From NCBI GenBank assembly GCA_973851085.1, contig OZ316776.1:5270001-5334000 (forward strand): a DNA stretch of 64,000 nt, given 5' to 3'. A program made the translations under genes and the position numbers. Shown piece by piece: positions 24,894-35,296 of the stretch (positions within the stretch are counted from its first letter, which is position 1; every line of letters starts with the position of its first letter). The notes under the pieces were generated by a model. The model was not told the DNA's origin and did not search any database. It was given only the letters and a program-made list of their open reading frames with translations. The DNA comes from Ptychomitrium polyphyllum. Its lineage: Eukaryota.

Positions 24894-27800
24894 GGACCAT
24901 GCAACTCGACACCACAAGCAAACGACCATCAAATCAAGGTCTCTTACTACCTTCAAACCCTACCTCTTGTTTTACATTTCCTATCAAAATAAAATTGTTA
25001 GATAATGAAATAATTAATGAGGCACTCTTAGACACTGGTGCAACAGCATGTTTCATGGACAAGGATTTTGCAACAAAACATCACATGGTGCTTGTGAACA
25101 AAAAATATTCCGCACCTATTGAAGTTATTGATAGACAATCTCTTGCGTCTGGTAACGTTATTGAAGAAATTCAACCCTTGGAGGTTGTTTTAGAAGACCA
25201 GGCATCTAAGATTGTCTTCAACATCATTCAATGCCAAAAAAATCCGATTTTTTTGGGCCTTCCTTGGTTTGAATTACATAATCCAGACATTGATTGGCGC
25301 TCACGGAGTGTGGTCTCAAGAAAAAGACGTCAAGGTACAAGAAACCTTGGATTATCATTTATTGGAGCTAAGGCATTTATAAGAGCGGCAAAAGATGAAC
25401 CGATCTATGCTATTTATGCCTCACCAATGTCTAGCTCTATAATAGAGACTAATTATAACATACCTCGTCAATATCAAGATTATAAAGACGTTTTTGAAAG
25501 AAAGAATGTGGACATGTTACCAAAGCACCGGCCTTATGATTGTATCATTGAGTTGCAAGAAGGAGTCCAACCACCTTTTGGACCTATTTATAATTTATCA
25601 CAAACTAAGTTGGTTGCTTTGAGAGAATATATTGATGAAAACCTCGGAAAGGATTTCATTCAACACTCTAAATCACCTGCTAGAGCATCCATTCTATTTA
25701 AAAAGAAGAAAGATGGATCATTATGTATGTGTGTGGACTATCGAAGCTTCAATAAATTAAGAAAAAAGAATCGCTATCCATTACCATTAATCTCAGGAAT
25801 CCTACAACAACTGGGCCAAACAAAGATATTCACCAAAATTGATCTTAGAAGAGCCTACAATCTTGTACGCATCTAAGAAAGAGACGAATGGAAGACAGCT
25901 TTTCAATCGAGGTATGGTCATTTTGAATACAATGTCATGCCTTTTGGCCTTACTAATGCTCCCGCAGTCTTCCAACATATGATGAATGATATCTTCCATG
26001 AACATCTGGATGATTTTATAGTCATCTACTTAGATGATATTTTGATATATTCAAAAGATGAACAAGACCACAAATGTCATGTGCAACTGGTCTTAGAAAA
26101 ATTACGCCAGCGAGGATTATATGCCAAATTGGAGAAGTGTCTTTTCCATGAATCCTCGGTTGAATTTTTAGGCTACATCATTTCCAAAGGAGGAATCCAT
26201 ATGGGTAAGAAAAACATAAGCACTGTCATAGAGTGGAGTACGCCAAGATCAATTCGAGATGTTCAATGCTTCTTGGAATTTGCAAACTTCTACAGAATAT
26301 TCATCAAGAATTGTTCTAAGATTGCGGCACCATTGATACGTCTTACGGAGAAGCAAAAAGTCATTTGGGATGAAGAGGCGGAAAAAACATTTCAAAGTCT
26401 TAAGAAGTCATTCACGTCGGCTCCAATCCTCATTCATCCAAATCCATCAAAGCCTTTCTATTTGGAAGCGGATACCTCAGATTTTGCGCTTGGCTTAGTA
26501 CTCTCTCAATATGATAAAGACGGGAGACTTCAGCCTCTTGCCTTTTATTTAAGGAAGTTCTCAGCGGCAGAGATCAATTATGATATACATGATAAAGAAC
26601 TACTTGCAATTGTGGATGCATTTGAAGAATGGTGACACTTATTGGAAGGAGCTCAACATACCATCACGATATACATAGACCACAAGAACTTGGAGTATTT
26701 CATAAGTGCGCGCGTTTTGAATCGCCTTCAAGCAAGGTGGAGTATGTCGCTTTCCAGATTTGACTTTGTCATTATCTATTAATTTGGTAGCTTGCAAAGT
26801 AAGCCAGATGCCTTATCTTGAAGATCTTCTTTAGCTCTTTAATTTAGTGATGATGTTTTAAATCAACAAAGGACTATTTTATTGAAGCTAGAGAATCTTC
26901 AATTGAAAGCAGCCATTATTACAACAACATCCCATTTTGACAAAATTCGGAAGGCTTTGAAAAATGACTTCTCTGTTTAAAATATAAAGAAGCGCCTCAA
27001 AGACAATGGGAATCCTTCAAATAGCAATGAGGACTTTGAATTCCAAGAAGGCCTACTTTATTATAAAGGACTTTTGTACCTACCTCCAGGCCCTTTGCGA
27101 TTGAAGATCCTTCAAGCACGTCATAATTTTCCAGCAGCAGGACATTTTGGGTTCAATCAAACAATGGAGTTGATTGCTAAAGATTATTGGTGGCCATAAA
27201 TGTGGAAGTACGTAAAGGACTTTGTTCGATTATGTGACACTTGTGCAAGAGCCAAGGTACCAAGGCACTAACCTCATGGTCTCCTCCATCCACTTTGAGT
27301 GCCAAAGGGCCCATGGTTGTCTTTATCAATGGATTTTATCACGGACCTTCCAAATTCCGAATCTAAGGATTCTATTTTAGTAGTGGTGGATCGATTTACC
27401 AAAATGGCACATTTCATTCCATGCAATAAGGTGGTAACAAGAGAAGAAACTGCCAAGTTGTTCCTAAATCACGTCTACCGCATACATAGACTACCAGATG
27501 ATATTGTATCCAATCGAGGGCCGCAATTCATTTCCAACTTTTGGAAGGCTCTATTCTAGCTAGTGCACGTAAAAATCAACTTTTCTTTAGCACACAATCC
27601 ATAGATTGATGGTCAATCTGAACGTGTGAATCAAATTTTCGAGCAGTACCTTTGTTGTAGCATAAACTACCAGCAAGACAATTGGATGGATCTCTTGCCT
27701 TTGGCAGAATTTGCTTACAACAATACGGTGCATTCTTCAACAACTCAAATTCCATCCTTTGTAAACTATGGCCATCATCCTCGAACAGATCCATTTCAAG

Positions 27801-28379
27801 TGAAGCATGTTGGAAGTCCTCCAGCTGAGGATTTTTGCAACTCAACTTGCTAAAATCCATCAAGAAATTACCTTCCAGTTTCAACAAGCTCAAGATCGTT
27901 ACAAAACTTATGCAGATCGCCATTGGAAGGACCATCCAAAGTTCAAGGTTAGAGATAGCGTATGGCTCCTACGACAAAATATACAAACAAAAAGACCATC
28001 AAAGAAGTTGGACAATCAAAGGCTAAGACCTTTTGAAATCAGCAAACAAATAAATCTGGTTAGTTATTGCCTAAAGCTACCACCAAGCATGCAAATTCAT
28101 CCAGTATTCCACGTATCGTTGTTGGAAACTTATAACAAGTCATGTATATCAGAGAGAATTGTCCCTCCGCCTCCTCCGCTGGAAATTAATAATGAAATTG
28201 AATATGAAGTGGAAGAGATTTTAGATTCCCGCTCCAAAAACGGTCGTGTGGAGTACCTTATACATTGGCAAGGATATGGCATCAATAACCAAACATGCAA
28301 ACCTTCAACAAATGTAACAAATGCATCCAAGAAGGTACGCGAATTTCATCAAAGATATCCTCAGAAACCAGGTCAGTGA
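24866..28379 (+). pseudogene. pol: pol of chromovirus D (PR, RT, RNase H, integrase, chromodomain), in the -1 frame relative to gag, disrupted
   Basis: Motifs ALLDTGA (PR), YLDDILI (RT), EADTSDFALG..DKELLAI (RH), SMDFITDLP..SNRGPQF (INT), and EYEVEEILDSR..YLIHWQGY (chromodomain, ~28200-28370). Confidence 0.93.
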
Positions 28380-28966
28380 TGATGTGTCATCAGCAAATGT
28401 TAGCTTCACAGAGAAGTTTTTCTTTCATAGACAAGTATAAGAAGGGAGGAGAGATATCCAAACCTCCAATTGTATGCAGCATTTTTTCCAAGATAGATCA
28501 TTTCAAGATCCTAGCCAGTATGTCAAATCTTCGTGTTATCATGGATATATGTGAAGAGCAGTCGGCCATGCCTTCATCAACAACAGCATCTGTTGAGCCA
28601 ACTCAACTTTCTCAGCCCTCGGTAATAGAGGATCTAAGTCAAGATATGAGAGGGATATCTCAACGTCGAGTACAACCTCGTGCAGAAGTATTCACTAGTC
28701 GCCCTTCACATTCCAGTCTTGATTCAGATGCTCGCGCTCTAGTCATCTTGTTAGAAATTGGAAGACTCACTCCTGGAGGATTCGAGATCTTATTTAGAGG
28801 ACTTAATCAAGATCAGATCTTGGAATGGGACATTTCAACAACAAAAGTCTTCGCTGGTGGTCATCGATACTTCTTGCAAAGACCAGATGAACCACTGAAC
28901 AAAGAACAACGAGCAAAATATGTTGCTTCACTCCTTCAACAATATTTGGAATTTGTAGAAATGTGA
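28379..28966 (+). CDS. Extra 3' ORF (ORF3) of chromovirus D, unknown function, up to 195 aa
   Basis: Open frame filling the space between the pol stop and the PPT. Homologous decayed copies lie at ~11089-11680 (minus) and ~39520-40040 (plus). The start codon is uncertain (28379 or a later Met such as MSNLRV at ~28520). Confidence 0.65.
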   Translation: MMCHQQMLASQRSFSFIDKYKKGGEISKPPIVCSIFSKIDHFKILASMSNLRVIMDICEEQSAMPSSTTASVEPTQLSQPSVIEDLSQDMRGISQRRVQPRAEVFTSRPSHSSLDSDARALVILLEIGRLTPGGFEILFRGLNQDQILEWDISTTKVFAGGHRYFLQRPDEPLNKEQRAKYVASLLQQYLEFVEM

Positions 28967-29641
28967 CAAGCAAGCCAAGAAAAGAGCTCCTCATGGGACT
29001 CGTTGCTAAATGGGGAGGTGATGTCACGGACATAGATCATGCAACATAGTCCTTAGAACATTCTAGAACCTTCTAGTATACTATAATAGCTTCTTAGAAT
29101 ACTTTTAGATGTCTCCATAGTCATTACATGTTTTTAGGAAGCTTCCAAGGAAAGTTCCTCCACCTTAAGAAACTTCCTAGGAAGATTCCATCATCTTAGG
29201 AAACTTCCTAGGAAGATTCCACTACTTTAAGAAACTTCCAAAGAAGGTTCCAATTCCTTGGAAGACTCTTAGGAAGGTTCCAACATCTTAAGAAATTTCT
29301 TGGGAAGGTTCTTCAGACTTCCAAAACATACTTAAGCCTTGTAGGAAGCTTCTTTAGAAGTATCCTAGGAGATACACGTGTCATAGTATAAATAGGAAGC
29401 AAGACAAGGTATTCTTTAGTTCTGCCAACACAAGTTGTGGATCATCTTGAATCCTTCCTTGTTCTAGTCTTTATATCAAGTTCTTATTAATCATTAGCTC
29501 TTTGGAAGCTAATTCTTGGGAAACACTTCGTTTTTGCTTCTTGTTTCTTGTGTCCCTAACACCTTCTATATCTACCACAATACAATATTATTTACACCAC
29601 CATAAATACTACGAGCAACTCTAATCTCCAACCTTCCCACT

Positions 29642-32600
29642 TTACAAGTAGTTATCTTTTTGCAATCCCATTTCCTTTGCCAACCGTTGATGTTGATCCT
29701 TCGCGAGTGCCTTCGTCAACACGTCAGCAACCATGTCTTCCGTTGGGCAATACTTCAAGCTTATCTCGCTGCTCTCCAACTTCTCGCAAATGAAGTGGTG
29801 TTGCACATTGATGTGCTTTGTACGTGAATGGTGAGTGGGGTTCTTTGCAAGTGCAATGCATCCTTGGTTGTCGCACATGATGGTTGTGGCATCTTCTTGC
29901 ACAAACCCCACATCCGCCAAAAGCTTTTAAAGCCAAATGGCCTCCTTGGTGCTTTGGCTAGTGGCTATATACTCCGCCTCTGTTGTAGACAACGCAATTG
30001 TAGGTTGCTTCCTACAATTTCACGAGATTGCACCAACTCCAACAAAAAACACGTATCCGGTTGTTGAACGACGCTCGTTTGCATCTCTGACCCAATCCGC
30101 ATCGCAATATCCCTTCAAGGCAAGCTCCTTACCACCAAGGCACAACTTGTAGTCCATGGTACTTTGCAAATACCGCATGATGCACTTCACCGCACTCCAA
30201 TGTACCGGACCGGCCTTAGACATGAATTGGCTCACCATGCTCACCACAAACGCAAGGTCAGCTTGTATAACCACCATGGCATACATCAATGAGCCAACAC
30301 TAGACTTGTATGGCATGCCTTCCATCTCACCTTCGATGGCCTCAAACTCTTCCACCGAAAGCTTCAACAACTTGACATTCACATCAAGCGGCGTACCAAT
30401 GGGCTTGTATTCCTCCATGTTGAAGCGCTTGAGTACCTCCTTAATGTACTTCCTTTGGCTCATAATGATGGTGCGTGCCTTGCAATCCCTCTCAAATTCC
30501 ACTCCCAAGAAATACATCAACTCCCCAAGATTACTCATCATAAACTCCGCATTGAGTTTGGCCTTGAGCCATGCCAACTTTGCCAAAAGGCTAGCCAAGA
30601 TGATCAAGTCGTCCACATAGATGAGCACTATCAATAAGTACTCACCCGTTTGCTTGATGTACAAGGAATGATCCGCTTCGCTCCTTGTGAAGCCCTCCTT
30701 GGTGAAAAAAGAATCAATCCGTTGGTACCATGCTCTTGATGATTGCTTGAGTCCGTACAACGACTTCTTGAGCTTGCACACAAGATGCTCAAAGCCCTTC
30801 TCTTCAAATCCTTGCAATTGACTCATGTAGATGTCCTCCTCCAACTCGCCATTCAAGAATGCGGTCTTCACATCCATTTGATGGATCTCCAAATCCAACG
30901 CCGCTCCAAGTGCAAAGATGCACCAAATGGTGTTGAACTTGGCCACGAGAGCAAAGGTCTCAAGGAAGTCGACTCTCGCAACTTGAGAAAATTCCTTGGC
31001 CACCAATTGTGCCTTGTGGCGTACCACTTCACCCAAAGCGTCTTTCTTTGTGCAAAAGACCTACTTGCACCCAACGCTCTTACGACCCTTTGGAAGCGGA
31101 GCCAACTTCCACGTCTCATTTGCCATGAATGAGTCATATTCCTCTTGCATGGCCACTTCCCACTTGCTCGCATCTTTCGATCTCATTGCTTTGCTTACAT
31201 TCAATGGATTGTCGAGAGTGGCCACATTGGCCCGCTCTTCTTCATGTTGTGGCAAGATGTGGTTCTTCCACCACTCTCCAGGTGGACACTGTTCCCTCGT
31301 TGGGTACTGAGGTTCTTGTCTGGATTCGACCTCTAGGCCTTCACTTTGTATGGATGTTGGTGAAGGTACTACATCTTGATCGTCGTCCACCGACTCTTCC
31401 TTCTTGGTATCATCATCACTCTCGTGTGAGGGAGTTGGTTTGAAAGATTCGTCCACCAAAACCAACAAAGGCGTCTCATTACTCCCACTTAGACTCATCT
31501 CCAAACCATGACCAATACTAGTGCTATCCTCATCAAACACTACATCACGACTCCTAATGATCTTTCGTGTTTCAACAAACATGAGGCGATATGCCTTCGT
31601 TTCTTCGCAATATCCAAGAAATAAACACTTGGTTCTTTTAGCATTGAGCTTACCCCTCTTTGCATCTGGCACCTTTGCAAATGCAATGCAACCAAATACA
31701 TGCATGTGTGTAACGCATGGCTTGCGGCCATTCCAAGCCTCTTGTGGTGTAACGGTGACAAGCACCCTTGTAGGACACCGATTATGAATGTATACCGCAT
31801 TGGACACTGCTTCCGCCCAAAACAAGAGCTTGAGGCGTTGAGCATGAATCATGCTTTTTGCCATCTCCACAATGGTGCAATTTGCACGCTCTGCCACTCC
31901 GTTTTGCTCTGGCATGTAAGGTGTCAATGGTTGCCTCTTGATGCCGTGGTTCTTCAAGCGTCAAAAGGCCTTGGATATGAACTCCTCACCATTGTCCGAC
32001 CGGAACGCCTTAATCTTGTGCTCTGATTGTGCCTCCGCAAGTGCCTTCAATCCCTTAAACTTTTCAAGGCACTCCCCCTTTGTCTTCAATGTGTACAACC
32101 ACACCCTCCTCAAAAAGTCATCAACAAAGGTCACAAAGTACCTTGCAGTACCAATGGAGGTGGTCTTCATCGGGCTACACACATCCGAATGCACAATCTC
32201 CAAAGGTTTTATAGCACGCGTGCCTCCATCCTTTGGAAATGGTGCTCTATGTTGTTTGCCTTGCATGCACCCTTCACAAAACGGTATAGATGATTCATCC
32301 TTACCAAGGGTCATGCCGCTTATCATGCTTGCAAGAAAACACACACTTCTCACATTCAAATGATCAAATCGGCGATGCCAAAGCTCCATCGCACCACTCG
32401 TTGTTGACGATTGTGCTATGTTGGCCACATCCGCCTCATGCACCTTCGTAAAGGTGACTTGGTACAAGTTGTTTTGACGAGGGGCTACCGCAAGTACATC
32501 GCCATTTGGTGCCTTCAATGTACACCCATGCACATTGAATTGCACCTTCAACCCACTTGACACAAGCTTGCTCACCGAGAGCAAGTTTGCTTGCAACTTG

Positions 32601-33646
32601 GGCACGTGGAGGACGTCCTTGATTGTGGCCTTCTTTGAATGGCTTCTCACAAGAACTTCCACAACAATGGAACCTACTTCAATGGCATCCACAACACTAT
32701 CATCACCCAAATGCACGTTGCGTGGACTAATTACCTCATATGTGTCAAATGTCATCCTAGGAGGTGTCATGTGCTTTGTGGCGCCCGAATCCATGATCCA
32801 CTTGGACGTGGACTTGGAATGAAGACCATCTTGAGTAGCAAAGGCGTAGTCATCATCCTCCTTTTCATGGTTGGCATTCTCCTTGTCCTTTGCTTGGTTT
32901 GCGTTGTCGCGCTCCCACTTCTTTGGTTTGGTGCAATTTCGTGCAAGGTGGCCCGGCTTGCCACAATTGTAACACAACCTTGATTCTCCACGTAAAGATG
33001 AGCTGCCCCCCTTGGTTTGTTTTGAATACAAGGCCGCATCATCACCATGGCTCCCCTTCTCCTTGCGCTTGTTCACTTCATGCATCAATCTCTCCGTTAA
33101 AAACTCCAAGGTGAGGTCCTTCAATCATAATGTCTCCAAGGCAATGATTAAGTTCTCAAATGACGGCGGCAAACTCTCAAGCAACATCAGCACTACATCT
33201 TCCTCTCTCACAGGGACCTTGAAGGATGTGAACTAATTCGCAAGCTCCCTTACATGATTGATGTGGTCCATCAAGTCATCACCTTCTTGCATCTTGATGG
33301 TAAAGAACTTGCGGCGATCAAAGAAGATGTTGGACAAGCTCTTTGTTTTGTGGATGTTGCACAATGCCTTCCATGCTTCCGCTGGTCCTTTGCAACTCTT
33401 GATGTGCGCAAGTTGGGCATTCACCAAACTTAGTCCAATGACGGACAAGGCCTTTTTTGCGCGGCAATTGTACTCCTTTATCACCTTTGGATCTTCATCA
33501 CTTGCGGGGGGTTCTTCGGTCTCCTCCACTATATCCCAAAGGTCCATGGACGACAAGACCATCTCCATGTGGAACTTCTAAAGGCCAAAGTTTTCTCCAT
33601 TGAACTTGTCAATGCTCCTAGCACTCTCACTCTCAAATGTGGCCAT
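29642..33646 (-). pseudogene. copia gag-pol polyprotein with few stops or frameshifts
   Basis: IDKFNGENF gag start, CYNCGKPGHLARNC, WIMDSGAT (PR), LWHRRFDH..CEGC and SDNGEEF..PEQNGVAER (INT), QMDVKTAFLNG and YVDDLII (RT), CDNQGC..HSRTKHI..ADVLTKAL (RH). Confidence 0.95.
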
Positions 33647-34162
33647 GACAACGTTTTAATAGCCAAGATCAGCCCCTCCAAGGTTTGATTGTGCACTAAG
33701 GCATTTCAATCACTCAACTTGAGCCTTTTCTAGGCTCCAACGTACTTGCAAGCACCTACAATACTCACATCAGCCCCTACAAGGCTTTGCTGTGCAAGTA
33801 TTCACTCAAGTTTCTCAAACAAGTCTCTTCTAAGCTCAAATGATCAAAGGTACGACTCAAATACTCAAATCCACTCCTTCTAGACTCAAATGCACACCTT
33901 TGCACCTCATTCAATCAAATCAGCCCCTTCTTTGCTCATACATGCAAATATGGACTTGAACAACATCAAAAAGCTCCACCTAGACTCCAATGTGCATCTA
34001 AGCACATCATTCACTCAAATCAGCACCTTTGAAGAGCAATTGAACACATCCACTTAGATTAAACACTTACAAGGTCCAAATGCATTGATGTGCTCTACCT
34101 CCGCTCTTCCAACTCCTTGTGCCTTCTCAAGCCGTCTCCAATTCTCCAATGCACTTCCACGG

Positions 34163-34312
34163 CTCCAAATTAGCCCTTGTGCTCACCAATACTCCAAATG
34201 AGCCTTTGTGCACCTCCAAAGCTCTAAAATCAGCCCTTGTGCACCTCCAATGCTCCAAATCAGCCCTTGTGCACCTCCAAAGCTCCAAATTAGCCCTTGT
34301 GCACCTCGAACT
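34163..34312. repeat. ~30-bp tandem repeat (5 copies) in the copia 5' leader
   Basis: Unit is approximately CTCCAAATCAGCCCTTGTGCACCTCCAAAG. Degenerate ATCAGCCCCT-containing units continue leftward to ~33665. Confidence 0.85.
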
Positions 34313-35296
34313 CTCAAAAGACCTCCCCCAAAGAACTTTGCAATAAAAAACTCTACACTTGCAACTCACATGAGTGGGCCCATAACCTATTGAAGTCACT
34401 AGAAGTAGAGAAGAAGATTGCACAAGCATAGAACCACACAAAGTAGTACCAACAATGCTTGGAGTGAGATATTGCCTTCTCTCGAAGGCCTTTACTTATA
34501 CTACCACGTAGTAACATCTCAAGCACCTTTTAAGGTCCTTTTCAAGTATCTTGCAAGTAGCTTTCTAAAGCCACTTGCAAGTTCCTTTATGCCAACTTAT
34601 ACACCCATTTGTCTTTGCCTTCCCATGCAAGACATGTGGGTTGGTCCTACCACGTTGACCGTATACCATATATGTACTTCTTAAGTGGCTTTCACCTCTC
34701 TCCCTTTTCTCCCCATTTTCTCTCCTTCCATATTTACCACAATACAATACTATTTACACCACCGTAAATACTACAAGCAACTCTAATCTCCAACAAAACT
34801 AAGATATCTTTAAAGATCAATTACACCTCTAATTTGGGCCTTTGGCCTTAATTAGGCCTAATTCTATCAACAAATATCACTTTTTGGTAATTTTTCCCAA
34901 AAAACACCATAATGTACTAATTTCATAGCTCACATAAGGCTAAACAGAGCTTCAATCTCAATAATGCATCTCTGGTGCTCGAGCTCAAACGTTTTGATCT
35001 TATCTTTGTACCTTGTCTTAGCTCTTTATTTCTAATATACCTCGGACATATGTTGTTCCACATCTTAGATTCTTAAAGCCTTGTCTTGTATCTACTCTAT
35101 CCTTATAATTTGCCGAGACTATCATACAATAATATTAGAGCTTGGTCTTTTTGGATAGAAAGTGGATCTTCTTTCTTGAAAGCACTTTTGCACTTTAAAA
35201 GTTACAGATTACCTTCCACTAGAGTGATGTTGTTTCTTGAGTTTCTTTGAACGTTTTGCAAATTTAGCAGTTTTTATCTATTCCCATTTCATTTCT

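Larger units (their letters stand above)
23132..29561 (+). mobile_element. Full-length Ty3/gypsy chromovirus, family D (Tcn1-like), decayed
   Basis: LTRs at 23132-23641 and 29022-29561 (TGTCACGGAC...CCCTAA(T/C)A). Perfect 5-bp TSD CCTTC at 23127-23131 and 29562-29566. PPT AAATGGGGAGGTGA at 29008-29021. Domain order is gag-PR-RT-RH-INT-chromodomain. Confidence 0.95.
22790..34795 (-). mobile_element. Ty1/copia element C (half-tRNA-primed, Bryco/Osser-like), with its 3' LTR split by element D
   Basis: LTRs at 34388-34795 and 22790-23131 + 29567-29633. Near-TSD AAATT/AAACT. PBS GGTTATGGGCCCAC lies directly after the 5' LTR (34387-34374), and a purine tract AAAGTGGGAA lies next to the 3' LTR. Domain order is gag-PR-INT-RT-RH. 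Confidence 0.92.
21306..34934 (+). mobile_element. Solo LTR of family B (~1.6 kb: 21306-22789 + 34796-34934), interrupted by copia C
   Basis: TGTGAGCC...GCTCACA termini with perfect TSD TAAGG (21301-21305 and 34935-34939). Colinear with the inverted copy at 41842-43356. Strand inferred from a TATA-like motif near 22166. Confidence 0.85.

Noticed and set aside
28377..28381. TGATG stop-start overlap coupling pol to ORF3
   Set aside because: Not conserved in the second D copy, which has a 1-nt indel and AGGATG at this site, so it may be a decay artefact.
29724..34684. Numerous plus-strand and alternate-frame ORFs over the copia element and within LTRs
   Set aside because: Antisense or off-frame by-products of the polyprotein and of repeated LTR sequence.
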